24,042 bases of DNA from a virus (IMGVR_UViG_3300030620_000022:1-24042); one strand, 5' to 3'; positions 7,805 to 17,215 are shown, counted from the first letter of the stretch. The notes: generated by a model from the letters alone, not told the origin. Translations and numbers: made by a program.

Positions 7805-8956
7805 ATGCCGCAGATCACACCGAACAACGACGAGACGCTAGGACCCGACGACGCGACGATGGCCGCGTTCGCTGATCAGTTCGCGCGGATCTCGAACCGT
7901 CCGGTGGAACCGATCACCTCCGCGGCACCCAACACCGAGGATCCCACCGGCTCTCCTGCACCTGCAACTGACCAGGCGGGGAGCGGAACCAGCGATGCCA
8001 CGGACTCCGGTGTCGAAGCTGACGCAACCGAACATTCGGATGCCACCACCGCCCCTGATCTCACCCAGGGCGCCGGTGATGGTGCGGACGCTGGCGGGGG
8101 AACCGATCCCGACGCGGAGCATGGGTCCGCGGCCAGTGATCCCCCCGTATCGCTCAAGGTTCCGCTCCCCGATGGCTCCGAGTACGAGCTCGACGCGTCC
8201 ACTGCGTCTCGGCTCCTGGATCTCGCGTCGTGGGCACAGCGCCTCACCTCTGAGCAGCGCGCCGCGTTCGCGCAGATCGAAGCCGGCCAGGCAGCTACCG
8301 TATCGCTCTCCGACTTCGAACGGTTCCAGGCGTGGCAGCAGACCCGTCCCCAGCAGGACGCCGACCTGTTCGCCGAGCTCGAAGAAGCCGGCATCGACCC
8401 GGCCCGGATCGCGCAACTCCGTGCCCAGCAGGAACAGATCGAGCGTTTGCAGCAGCGCGCCTTCCAGCCGCAGCAGCTGCATCAACAGCAAGCTCAGCAG
8501 GACATGGATTCCCGGGTTGCCGCCTACAACTCGGGTGTGTCCCGATGGGCGCACGACCACGGCATCACCGATGAGGCCACTCTCGAGCGCCTCAACGACA
8601 TCGCGCTCCATGCGAACGTCATCCCGACGTTTGTCGAACAGGGGCGCAGCTTCTCCCCCACCGGCCAACTGCTCCGAGACGCGGATCTGTCCCGTGTCGC
8701 CGAGCAGGCCATGAACTTCGCGCTGGCCACCGATCCCGAGCTCTACCGCGAGGTGGTGCTCGAAGCATCGAAGGCCCCAGCCACCCCGTCTGCCGACCTC
8801 AGCAAGGTCGAGCAGAAGAAGGCCCGCGCCGCCTCGTTGGCGTCGGCGCCGAGTACCGCAGTCCCTCAGCGCGGTGACCAAACACCCAAGAACGTGCAGG
8901 AGCTCACCGAGGTGATGGCCGGATACATCAGCCAGCACCAGGGCGACGGCACGTAA
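7805..8956 (+). CDS. Putative capsid scaffolding protein (383 aa)
   Basis: Immediately upstream of the capsid gene; acidic disordered N-terminus, Gln-rich coiled coil, short C-terminal helix; GAAGGGAG RBS. Confidence 0.7.
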   Translation: MPQITPNNDETLGPDDATMAAFADQFARISNRPVEPITSAAPNTEDPTGSPAPATDQAGSGTSDATDSGVEADATEHSDATTAPDLTQGAGDGADAGGGTDPDAEHGSAASDPPVSLKVPLPDGSEYELDASTASRLLDLASWAQRLTSEQRAAFAQIEAGQAATVSLSDFERFQAWQQTRPQQDADLFAELEEAGIDPARIAQLRAQQEQIERLQQRAFQPQQLHQQQAQQDMDSRVAAYNSGVSRWAHDHGITDEATLERLNDIALHANVIPTFVEQGRSFSPTGQLLRDADLSRVAEQAMNFALATDPELYREVVLEASKAPATPSADLSKVEQKKARAASLASAPSTAVPQRGDQTPKNVQELTEVMAGYISQHQGDGT

Positions 8957-8975
8957 CCGCTGACGAAAGGAAACT

Positions 8976-9968
8976 GTGAGTGCGATCGGCACCAACACGC
9001 TCACCAGCGTGACCCGGCACTATGTGATGCCGGTCATCATGGACAACGTGTACAGCAGCAACGTGCTGTTGTACCGCTGGTACAAGGCAAACAAGAAGAT
9101 CATCCAGGGCGGCACCCAGATCGAGGTGCCCCAGCTGTACCGACGGTTCGCCGCGGGCGGCACCTACCGGGGCTACGAAGTCCTGCAGACCACTCCGACC
9201 GACCCGGTGAAGAACCTGGTGTTCGAGTGGAAGCAGCACTACGTGCCATGGGCCATCGACGGCCTCACCCTGATCCAGAACGAGTCGCCACTCGCGATCG
9301 CGTCCATCGTCGCGCTGCAGTCGCAGCAGGCGTGGATGGAGATGGCCGAGAACCTCGCGGCCGGTCTGTTCCAGGATGCGAGCTCCGGCGACGACAAGGA
9401 TCTCGACGGGCTCTCCGGCGCCGTGGGTAACGCGTCTGTCGGTGACGGCTCGTACGGCGGCATCGCCCGGTCTTCGAACTCGTGGCACAACAGCCAGATC
9501 GACGCAGCGACCGGCACCCTCGCGTTCTCGCTCCTGCAGTCGTGGTTCGGCAACGGCACCGTCGGCGGTCAGCACTACTCGATTCTGCTGTCGCGGCAGG
9601 AGCAGTACAACCGCTACATCGCGCTGCACACCGCATCCGGCTCCGGCTACACCCAGTCGGTCCAGCGCAGCCCGCTCGGTCACGACGAGGTGCTCGCCGC
9701 CGCCGGTTTCACCAACGCGACGTTCAATAACACGCCGTGGGTCGTGGATTCGCACGTGGACGACGGTCCCAACGCCTCGAACTCGAAGATCTACGGGCTC
9801 AACGAGAACGTGTGGAACGTCGTCGTCAGCCCCCGGGCCGACTTCTACATGGAGGACTGGCAGAAGCCGGTCAACCAGGACGCGTACGTGTCGATGCTCC
9901 TGTGGGCCGGCAACGTCGTGTGTCAGTCCGCGCGTCTCAACGGCGCTCTCACCAACGTCTCCGCCTGA
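8976..9968 (+). CDS. Major capsid protein (HK97 fold, 330 aa)
   Basis: Strong GAAAGGA RBS with GTG start; strongly biased codons; capsid-like segments GGTQIEVP, FEWKQHY, LAAGLFQD...KDLDGL; position after the scaffold. Confidence 0.88.
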   Translation: MSAIGTNTLTSVTRHYVMPVIMDNVYSSNVLLYRWYKANKKIIQGGTQIEVPQLYRRFAAGGTYRGYEVLQTTPTDPVKNLVFEWKQHYVPWAIDGLTLIQNESPLAIASIVALQSQQAWMEMAENLAAGLFQDASSGDDKDLDGLSGAVGNASVGDGSYGGIARSSNSWHNSQIDAATGTLAFSLLQSWFGNGTVGGQHYSILLSRQEQYNRYIALHTASGSGYTQSVQRSPLGHDEVLAAAGFTNATFNNTPWVVDSHVDDGPNASNSKIYGLNENVWNVVVSPRADFYMEDWQKPVNQDAYVSMLLWAGNVVCQSARLNGALTNVSA

Positions 9969-9976
9969 AAGGAATC

Positions 9977-10486
9977 ATGCCAGAGGCAACCATCACCAAC
10001 CCGAGCGCTGCGTTCCAGACGGTCAGCGACCACACCACCGGGCGGATCGACTCCGGCGGGCACGTCCAGTACCCACAGGAAGTCGTCGAGCTCCGCGCCG
10101 ACGCGGCCATCACCAAGGGCCAGGCGGTCTGCACAGTCGTGCCGACCACAACCGTCGAGCTCTCCGTGACACCGATGACCGCGGCGATCACGGCTGCCGA
10201 CCCGTGGCGGTTCCTGGGCGCCGCGCTCGCCGACGCCGCTGCCGGCGACAAGGTGCTCGTCTGCACCTGGGGCGTCTGCGAGGCGCACTTCGATGCGGCG
10301 AGCACTGCTGCCGCTCTGTCGCTGCTCGCGCTCCCGGCCACCACGACCGGCGAGTTCGACATCGCCGCCGATCCGGTCGACAACGGTCTCTACGCCGGCT
10401 ACTGCCTGGGCGCCGAGATCAACTCCGAGGACAAGGTGCTCGCGTTCATCGGTCAGCCGCTCGTGCGGTTCGAGGCCGGCGCCTAA
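9977..10486 (+). CDS. Putative capsid cement/decoration protein (DUF2190-like, 169 aa)
   Basis: GAAAGGA RBS overlapping the capsid stop; pattern ADAAITKGQAV...FLGAALADAAAGDKVLVCTWGV typical of cement proteins. Confidence 0.7.
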   Translation: MPEATITNPSAAFQTVSDHTTGRIDSGGHVQYPQEVVELRADAAITKGQAVCTVVPTTTVELSVTPMTAAITAADPWRFLGAALADAAAGDKVLVCTWGVCEAHFDAASTAAALSLLALPATTTGEFDIAADPVDNGLYAGYCLGAEINSEDKVLAFIGQPLVRFEAGA

Positions 10487-10505
10487 CCAGGATTCAACAA
10501 CCAGT

Positions 10506-10541
10506 GAGGGGTGGGTGGTCAACGACGATCACTCACCCCTC
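10506..10541 (+). terminator. Strong hairpin, putative terminator or mRNA stabiliser after capsid-cement
   Basis: GAGGGGTGGGTGGTC-AACGAC-GATCACTCACCCCTC, 15-bp stem with 2 G:U pairs; only a weak U-tract. Confidence 0.7.
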
Positions 10542-10570
10542 CACACGTTTCGACCCTCACGAAAGGACCC

Positions 10571-11281
10571 ATGTCATTCGATCAGTTCGAGTTCGTCAAG
10601 GTGCACAACACCGGCGACACCTTGCTCCGTTTCCCGATCCCGAAGGCCGCCGGCGACAACCGGCCCGGCATCCGTTTCGCCGAGATCGAGCCGGGCGCGC
10701 ATCAGATCATGCCGTTCCTGTCGGCGGTCGCCGCGTTCGGGCATCCAGGTGAGCGGGATCTGTCACCGAAGCAGCGCAACCGTGCCGAGCAGTACCGCCG
10801 GCTCCGGTTGCAGTGGGGTTTCGCCGAAGGGTTCGATGTCGAAACCGAAGCCGAACGGGTCGTGCACCGCTTCCCCGACGAGACCGGATCATGGGAGGCG
10901 AAGATGCCGGATTTCGCGGTCACGACACTCGACGACCAGCGGATCTACATGCTGATCGAGGACCCGCAAGGCACCAAGCCGCAGCCGAACGGCGACGGTG
11001 GCGTCATCTCGAGCGATCTCGCGCCGAACGCCAGCACCGACGCTCTGCTCGCGTTGGTCACGAAACTGACCAGCCAGGTCGCCGAGATGCAGCAGCAGCT
11101 GATCGCGCAAGGCGAGGGTGCGCATTCTCCGGCTGAGGAACAGCCTGAAATCCCGCGTCCGCCCGACCAGGAGCCGCCGGTCGGTGAGGACACGCCGAGC
11201 GCGTCACCGGTCGCGCGACAGCCGAGCACTGACACCTCCGATGCTCCCCGTCGTTCGAAGGTCGCTGCCGGAGTGTCATGA
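10571..11281 (+). CDS. Hypothetical protein (236 aa) with disordered Pro-rich C-terminus
   Basis: GAAAGGA RBS before ATG10571; ATGA overlap with the next gene. Confidence 0.8.
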   Translation: MSFDQFEFVKVHNTGDTLLRFPIPKAAGDNRPGIRFAEIEPGAHQIMPFLSAVAAFGHPGERDLSPKQRNRAEQYRRLRLQWGFAEGFDVETEAERVVHRFPDETGSWEAKMPDFAVTTLDDQRIYMLIEDPQGTKPQPNGDGGVISSDLAPNASTDALLALVTKLTSQVAEMQQQLIAQGEGAHSPAEEQPEIPRPPDQEPPVGEDTPSASPVARQPSTDTSDAPRRSKVAAGVS

Positions 11282-11577
11282 CCAGCCTCCGGGTCGTCTC
11301 CGGGGTGGAGGGCTACCTGGCTCAGTACGAGGCCGCCTGTGCCGATCTCGCGTCGAAGCACGTCGAGCTCGCCGGCATGGAGGCCGACCTCGAACGGAGC
11401 CGAGCGCTGCAGTTCGCCCAGCTGAACGACGGCACCCGGAACATCACCACGATCCAACGGGAGATCGACGCGAACACCGCCGATACGACCGCGGACGTGA
11501 TCGAGCTCCGTGGTGAGATCGCAGCACTCAACGCCCGGCTCCGCTGGCTCGACGTGGCACTAGAGCACTACACCTAG
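11278..11577 (+). CDS. Hypothetical coiled-coil protein (99 aa)
   Basis: GGAG RBS; heptad-like pattern (VIELRGEIAALNARLRWL). Confidence 0.75.
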   Translation: MTSLRVVSGVEGYLAQYEAACADLASKHVELAGMEADLERSRALQFAQLNDGTRNITTIQREIDANTADTTADVIELRGEIAALNARLRWLDVALEHYT

Positions 11578-11585
11578 GATCGACG

Positions 11586-13442
11586 ATGGCCACCACACAA
11601 CAGACGGCACGGCTGGTCATCTCGGATTTCTCACCGGGGATCTTCGCGGATTTCCACGCGTCCCAAGCCGAAACGCCGGCCAACACGGTCGAAGGCGCTC
11701 TCCCAGTTCTCGGCGCCGCGACGATCGAAAACACCTTCCGGTGCGGATCGGACCGCACCGGTGCGCTTGTCCCACTGCCGAAGCTGGCCGCCGGCCCCAT
11801 CCGCAGCCTCCCCGCCGGCAATTGGGTCACGTCACGTCAGGCTCTGTATCTGCTCGACGGGATGGCGCTCACCGACCTGTACGTCGAAACCGAAGTTCCC
11901 GCGGTCGTTGCTGACCGGGCGGCCGTGCTCACCATGTACGGCGGATGGTTCGAAACCGATCTCTACCGTTGGACGGTGTGGACGCGCCTCCATCGGCTGT
12001 TCGACGACGGCAACAACCAGGATCTGATGTACGCGAAAGGCGACTCGTCGATCCTCTCCACCGAGACCACCAAAGCTCACGTCGGTGCCGGCAACTTCGC
12101 GATCTTCCGGGCCCAGTCGGACGCGGTGAGCGCGTTCACGTACCAGTCGGTCGCATGGTGTGTGTTCGGCGCTCCTGATTTCCTCGCGGTCGAACCGGCG
12201 TGGGTCTCCGGTGCGATGTCAGCCACCGATCAGGGGCTCACCGATTTCGACACGAACAACGGTGCCACCCACCCGGCATCGGCATCCGGGCGGATCCTTG
12301 GGCTGTTCCCCGACTACGACAACATCGCGACCGCTCAGTCGAAGTTTCTCAGCCAGGCCGGCATGACCGCGGCGTCGATCATCGCCGTGCATCAGGGCCG
12401 CCTGATCGCAGCGGGACGTGAGCACGGCGATTTCGGTGAGAACACCGCCGGAGAGACGATCGGGCTGCTCACCGAGCACATCCACTACACCCCGCCATAC
12501 GACTTCGACGCATCCCTCGAAGCCGACGCCGAGCTCACCTTCGGCACGTTCGGGGAACGCAAACCGCACCTGTCCGGTGTCGTCGCCGCGGTGACCGCCG
12601 ACGAGCTCCTGCTCATCAAGTTTCGTGACGGTGGGCTGCTGATCCGCAGCGATCTCGACGATCCGACCGTCGTCGACCTGCCGTTCATCCACCCGACCGG
12701 TGGAGCTCGCTGCATCCCCGCCTGGTCGCCGCTCGGGCTGATCTACGGTGGCCGTGCCGGCGTGTACCTGTGGGCCGGCGGTGAGACCACCGAGCTCGTC
12801 TCACCGCAGCTTGACGGCTGGTTCTGGAACCCGCAGCCGGACATCGAACGGTACGGCACCCATGGCCGGTTCGCCTGGTGGGAACCGTACGTCGTCGCCC
12901 CCAACAACTACCTGCTGGATTCGCGGTCCCGCGCATGGTGGAGACTCGACGAGACCGGCGCTGATGGCACGAACGTCCCGCTGATCGCCGCCGATGTCGG
13001 CCCGAACGGGGAGACCCTGTACGTGTTCCCGTGTCGGCTGGATTCGGACAACACGGTGCAGTGGTTCACGGCCGAACGTGAGACCCTTGCCGACACCTAT
13101 TCGTGGCAGTCGCAGCCGATCGCCCAAACCAACGACCGGTTCGTGGAAATCCGCGAGCTCCGGCTGTTCGCCACCCATGTCGGCACATCCGCGGCGACCG
13201 TCACGGTCACGATCTCGGGGTTCGACGACCAGGGTGACGCGATCACACCGGTCGCGACCGCGTTCACGCTCGACGCATCCACGCCCCGCCCGCAACTGCG
13301 CATCAAGCCACTGTCGGTCCCGACGATCGCGTACATGCAGGTGCGCATCGAAGCCGACTCCGGCAACACCAGTCAGCCGGCCCCGAAGATCCATTCCCTG
13401 TCCGTCGCGGTCGCTGACCGCCAGCACATTCCGAGCAGGTGA
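11586..13442 (+). CDS. Putative tail nozzle / DNA-stabilisation protein (P22 gp10 / T7 gp12-like, 618 aa)
   Basis: N-terminal ISDFSPGI; beta-propeller-like strands (IAVHQGRLIAAG, GLIYGGRAGVYLWAGG); C-terminal YSWQSQP...YMQVRIE...IHSLSV pattern; size and position. Confidence 0.7.
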   Translation: MATTQQTARLVISDFSPGIFADFHASQAETPANTVEGALPVLGAATIENTFRCGSDRTGALVPLPKLAAGPIRSLPAGNWVTSRQALYLLDGMALTDLYVETEVPAVVADRAAVLTMYGGWFETDLYRWTVWTRLHRLFDDGNNQDLMYAKGDSSILSTETTKAHVGAGNFAIFRAQSDAVSAFTYQSVAWCVFGAPDFLAVEPAWVSGAMSATDQGLTDFDTNNGATHPASASGRILGLFPDYDNIATAQSKFLSQAGMTAASIIAVHQGRLIAAGREHGDFGENTAGETIGLLTEHIHYTPPYDFDASLEADAELTFGTFGERKPHLSGVVAAVTADELLLIKFRDGGLLIRSDLDDPTVVDLPFIHPTGGARCIPAWSPLGLIYGGRAGVYLWAGGETTELVSPQLDGWFWNPQPDIERYGTHGRFAWWEPYVVAPNNYLLDSRSRAWWRLDETGADGTNVPLIAADVGPNGETLYVFPCRLDSDNTVQWFTAERETLADTYSWQSQPIAQTNDRFVEIRELRLFATHVGTSAATVTVTISGFDDQGDAITPVATAFTLDASTPRPQLRIKPLSVPTIAYMQVRIEADSGNTSQPAPKIHSLSVAVADRQHIPSR

Positions 13443-13446
13443 CGCC

Positions 13447-13851
13447 ATGGCATGGGGTATCAAACAGTCGATTCGCAACAACCGCCTGACTCAGATCGTC
13501 AACGCGATCGATGCCGGGACCGGTGCCGGGAAGCTGCGGTTCTACGACGGCCCGCAGCCGGCGACCGGAGGCGCACTGACCGGCCTCACCCTGCTCGCCG
13601 AAGTGACCTGCTCGGACCCGTGCGGGACCGTTTCGGGTGGTGTGCTCACGTTCTCGGCGTTCACGCAGGATTCAAGCGCTGACGCCACCGGCGTGACCGA
13701 ATGGGCCCGGTTCGTCGACTCGGACGACAACTTCGTGATGGACGGCACCGTGGGTACGTCGGGGGCGGACGTGAACGTGAACACCACGTCCATAACGGCC
13801 GGCCAGACGGTGCAGGTCACGTCGGCAGCGGTCACCGAGGGGAACAGCTGA
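13447..13851 (+). CDS. Small beta-rich virion/tail-associated protein (134 aa)
   Basis: MAWGIKQSIRNNRL...KLRFYDGPQPA...ADATGVTEWARF...DGTVGTSGADVNVNTTSITAGQTV; Thr/Gly/Ala-rich; lies between nozzle and fibre genes. Confidence 0.75.
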   Translation: MAWGIKQSIRNNRLTQIVNAIDAGTGAGKLRFYDGPQPATGGALTGLTLLAEVTCSDPCGTVSGGVLTFSAFTQDSSADATGVTEWARFVDSDDNFVMDGTVGTSGADVNVNTTSITAGQTVQVTSAAVTEGNS

Positions 13852-13853
13852 CT

Positions 13854-15410
13854 ATGGCTGATGTCGAAGCGACGATTGCTTCCACACTCGAAGGTCTGTT
13901 CACCGACGCCAACGAACGGTTCTTCGGATATGTGTCGACACCGTTCCTGCCGACCGCTGCACGACAGCGACGCATGAACATCCCGCCGCCACCGGCCGAC
14001 ATCCAACCGGTCGCCCGGAAATATCTGGATTCGATGCGGGCGCACATCATGGACGAGTTCAACCGGCTCGCGCTCGAGGTGTTCGACCTGGCAAGTGTCA
14101 ACAGCAACCTTGCCGAGACCCTTAATGAGTACCTGTCGATCATCGGTTTCACCGGCATCACGACCGGTGGCGGAAATTCTGGCGGTGGTAGCGACTACGA
14201 CCCCGACAACACCGATCTGGATGCGTCCGATCCCGGATGTGCGGCGCCGACACAGCTGTCCAGCACTCCGTTCGATGACGCGCTCATGTTCGTCCCGCAG
14301 GTGTGTGGGATCGACGTGTATGAAGCCGTGAGCGGAACTCAAGCCAGTCTGGGCCCGGCATTCGACCAGTTCGGTGATGATGGAAGCGGGAACGACACGC
14401 TTCAATCGGACAGCGCGAACGTGGTCGTCTACGGTGATTGTCCGCTCATGCCGTTGGCTGACACTGACCGGTCGCTGCATTGGCGTGGATCACTCGGCAC
14501 CGTGGAGGAAACCGATCCGTTGATCCGCCAGGGACGGCTCCGCATCACGATCATCGACACCGGTGGTGGTACCTATAAGTTCGCGGCGGTCAAATCGTTC
14601 ACCGGTGGGTCGATCACGGCGATCGGCACCACCACCGTCAACACCAGTACGGAATATGACGTGTACGCACTCTGGGATCGCAGCACGGCCACAGTGGCGA
14701 TCTGGGTCGATGGCGTGGAAGAAGCAACTGCAGAGGACGCGTTCAGCTATGTCGACACCCCGAACCTGCCGACCTACTCGGTGCGGTTGCCGGACAACAG
14801 CTGGTGCACCGAGCTCGCCGCATGGAACGTGTTGGTGGATGTCGAAGCCCCCCCACCCGGCATTGTCGACACGTTCGACCGTGCGAACGGTCCTATTGGA
14901 GACGCTGACAACGGATCGACCTGGACCGATTTCTTGGGTAAGTTCGTCGTGGCTTCGAACCAAGCCGCTCTAACGTCGCCATCGGGCGGCACCCAATATG
15001 CAGCTTCACTACCATTCGCATCGGCCGACGGCACGCTTGTGGTGACGGTGGGTGGTACGTTCGGGTCGTCGGCAGGGCCAGCCGGGGTTGTCGGGCGCAT
15101 TACCGACATGAACAACTTCATCCGACTGGTGTACCAACACACTAGTGTGACGACGTTGTATCTCCAAAAGCGAGTGTCGGGCACGTTCACGACGTTGGCC
15201 ACCTATGTCGCATCCCAAACCCCGGGCTTCGAACTGAAACTCGTCATGTCCGGGTCGACGCTCGAAGGCTACATTGACGATGTTCTGAGAGTTTCAGCGA
15301 CTGATTCGGCGCATTCGTCGGTGACGAATCACGGGATCATGTTGTCTACCATAACGGGAATCTCTAGTCATTCGGTTCTTCTCGACGACTTCGATTTTAT
15401 TCCCAGTTAG
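13854..15410 (+). CDS. Putative tail fibre / receptor-binding protein with two concanavalin A/LamG-like beta-sandwich domains (518 aa)
   Basis: Helical N-terminal anchor and Gly linker; LamG-like YDVYALWDRSTATVAIWVDGVE; C-terminal domain DTFDRANG...LKLVMSGSTLEGYIDD...LDDF; GAGGGG RBS. Confidence 0.7.
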   Translation: MADVEATIASTLEGLFTDANERFFGYVSTPFLPTAARQRRMNIPPPPADIQPVARKYLDSMRAHIMDEFNRLALEVFDLASVNSNLAETLNEYLSIIGFTGITTGGGNSGGGSDYDPDNTDLDASDPGCAAPTQLSSTPFDDALMFVPQVCGIDVYEAVSGTQASLGPAFDQFGDDGSGNDTLQSDSANVVVYGDCPLMPLADTDRSLHWRGSLGTVEETDPLIRQGRLRITIIDTGGGTYKFAAVKSFTGGSITAIGTTTVNTSTEYDVYALWDRSTATVAIWVDGVEEATAEDAFSYVDTPNLPTYSVRLPDNSWCTELAAWNVLVDVEAPPPGIVDTFDRANGPIGDADNGSTWTDFLGKFVVASNQAALTSPSGGTQYAASLPFASADGTLVVTVGGTFGSSAGPAGVVGRITDMNNFIRLVYQHTSVTTLYLQKRVSGTFTTLATYVASQTPGFELKLVMSGSTLEGYIDDVLRVSATDSAHSSVTNHGIMLSTITGISSHSVLLDDFDFIPS

Positions 15411-16447
15411 GTGTAGTCGATCCAGGGAAGCGGCACGCCACCACCGACGAACGTCGACACGCCGGGTGTTAGGATCATGAAGATCAGCGTCCATCGGGTG
15501 AGTCGTTGTAACGCTAGTTCGTCGACTTCGTGGGCTGCGACCACGAGAATGGCCAGGAATGCCGGCGCGACACATGCGACGAATACTCGGGTGCCGTCGA
15601 CCGTGATGATCGCCATGAGAGCCGGTAGCGCTACGAGTGCAATGAAGATCCACGCTGAACGGCAGACCGTCAACACAACCAGCCAGGCAGCGGAGAACCA
15701 CGAGAACACTTGGATCGGGAGCGCCCGTGCGAATCCTCGCCACGCGGCGTCGAAGTTTCTGCCGAGCAGTCCGGCGCGTGTCTCCTGTTCGACATCGTAG
15801 GCGGCATACCACCCCTGGATGGCGACCCACGCACAGATCACACTGGCTGCAGCGATTCCCGCTGAACGTAGGATCGAACGGTCGATGAGCCAGGCCACCG
15901 CCGCGAGTGTCATGAGTGCGATGATCGCCTGCTCGACGTTGGTCAACCCCATCAGGAGACCGCCCGCCACAACGGCAGGCCACGAACGGGCCAGGACGAC
16001 GATGCCCGCACCGAGCAGGAACCACACGTCGTAGTGGCCGATTCGGATGAGCAGCGTCACCGGATACGACGACCCCGCCAGGGCGACGAGTACGAACCAC
16101 CGCTGATCGGGTGTCGGGAAGCGGCGCCAGACCAACACACCGACAACGAAGATCGCAGCGACAGTGATGACGAGGTGGATTGCGAACCATCCGCGATCGG
16201 TGCCGTCATCCAACCCGAGCAACGTCATCAGCGCCGGTGAGAGCACTGCACCACCGCGGTACGAGCTCGTCGGGCGTGGAAACGCCTCTGCGATCTCGTA
16301 TTGGAGCGGCTGCCAGTAGGCGGTCATGCCGGTTCGCCAGACGGCGATCACAGCGATGGCTGCCAACACAACCGTTCGGGACTGGTCGAGTAGGCGCCCC
16401 GCCCAACGCTCAACCACCAACGGCTCCTGCTCGGCTTGTCCCCGCAC
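15407..16447 (-). CDS. Polytopic membrane protein, GT-C-type glycosyltransferase-like (346 aa)
   Basis: About 9-10 hydrophobic segments; loop after TM1; polar loop motifs IGHYD, TNVEQ, VDGTR; only credible - strand gene; fills the whole gap between two + strand genes. Confidence 0.7.
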   Translation of the reverse strand: MRGQAEQEPLVVERWAGRLLDQSRTVVLAAIAVIAVWRTGMTAYWQPLQYEIAEAFPRPTSSYRGGAVLSPALMTLLGLDDGTDRGWFAIHLVITVAAIFVVGVLVWRRFPTPDQRWFVLVALAGSSYPVTLLIRIGHYDVWFLLGAGIVVLARSWPAVVAGGLLMGLTNVEQAIIALMTLAAVAWLIDRSILRSAGIAAASVICAWVAIQGWYAAYDVEQETRAGLLGRNFDAAWRGFARALPIQVFSWFSAAWLVVLTVCRSAWIFIALVALPALMAIITVDGTRVFVACVAPAFLAILVVAAHEVDELALQRLTRWTLIFMILTPGVSTFVGGGVPLPWIDYT

Positions 16448-16492
16448 GGATTAAGTATCGACACTGCCAGCGGGTCAGTCCAGTGATTTCGG

Positions 16493-16509
16493 ATGCGGTA
16501 TGATTCCAC
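16493..16509 (+). promoter_or_regulatory. Promoter motif ATGCGGTATGATTCCAC (-10 TATGAT at 16499-16504); leaderless start at ATG16511
   Basis: -10 is 6 nt before ATG with no SD; 16/17 identical to 23907-23923. Confidence 0.7.
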
Positions 16510-16510
16510 C

Positions 16511-17209
16511 ATGGCCACCAACCTCGAGATCATCACCCGGGTCCGGGACATGCTCAACGAGGCCACGGCCACCCAGTGGTCCGACACCCAGCTGCGCCGG
16601 TGGATGAACGACGGCGCGAAGCACATCGCACGTGAAACTCATTTCGCCGAGACTAACCAGGACATCGACGTGGCCGCCGACGCGCAGTCGGTCGCCGCAC
16701 CGACGAACGTGCTGATGATCCAGCACGTCTACTGGATCCCCGATTCGGACACCGACCACATCGTCCCGCTCGTCCCGAAGCACTACGAGCAGATGGACGC
16801 CTTGTGGGGTTCGTGGCAGAACCAGACCACCGGGGAACCGGTCGCGTTCGCGCCACGTGGAGTGTCTCCGTCGCTGCGGATCTACATGTACCCGACGCCC
16901 GACGAGGCTGGGACCTTGCGCGTGTTCCACACCGCGATCCCGACCGACATCGCGACCGACACCAGTGCTGACGCGACCACCTCCACCGTCCCCGACGGGT
17001 GGGTGGATCTGCTCGTCGACTACGTGGAATACCGGGCGTTGCGCAGGGATCGTGACCCACGTTGGCAGGAAGCCAAGCAGTTGTTCGACGAGAAGCTCGA
17101 GGACATGGCGCAATACGACACGCTCGCGATCGCCCGCGAGATGATCCACGACGTGCGGACTGGTGGGGTGCCGAGATGGCTGGCTGATCCTGATTTCGAC
17201 CTGGTGTAG
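16511..17209 (+). CDS. Head-tail adaptor / tail tubular protein A-like (232 aa)
   Basis: Typical N-terminus TNLEIITRVRDMLNE...WSDTQLRRWMNDGAKHIA; IYMYPTPDEAGTLRV; VPDGWVDLLVDYVEYRAL. Confidence 0.8.
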   Translation: MATNLEIITRVRDMLNEATATQWSDTQLRRWMNDGAKHIARETHFAETNQDIDVAADAQSVAAPTNVLMIQHVYWIPDSDTDHIVPLVPKHYEQMDALWGSWQNQTTGEPVAFAPRGVSPSLRIYMYPTPDEAGTLRVFHTAIPTDIATDTSADATTSTVPDGWVDLLVDYVEYRALRRDRDPRWQEAKQLFDEKLEDMAQYDTLAIAREMIHDVRTGGVPRWLADPDFDLV

Positions 17210-17215
17210 TCACGC

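Noticed and set aside
9737-9968. Possible T7 10B-like -1 frameshift fusing capsid to cement protein (the cement frame is open upstream)
   Set aside because: No canonical X XXY YYZ slippery heptamer seen, and the cement gene has its own strong RBS
9376-10752. 458-aa alternative-frame + strand ORF across the capsid and cement genes
   Set aside because: Arg/Pro/Ser/Thr-rich off-frame translation with no RBS
11278-11577. Resemblance to UvsY-like helical recombination mediators
   Set aside because: Only generic coiled-coil similarity; not supportable without a profile search
12994-13853. Upstream extensions of the ORFs at 13447 and 13854 given by the ORF track
   Set aside because: Extensions overlap real genes and read as off-frame sequence; the downstream ATGs abut the previous stops
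13854-15410. Diversity-generating retroelement target in the fibre tip
   Set aside because: No reverse transcriptase and no template/variable repeat pair seen in the window
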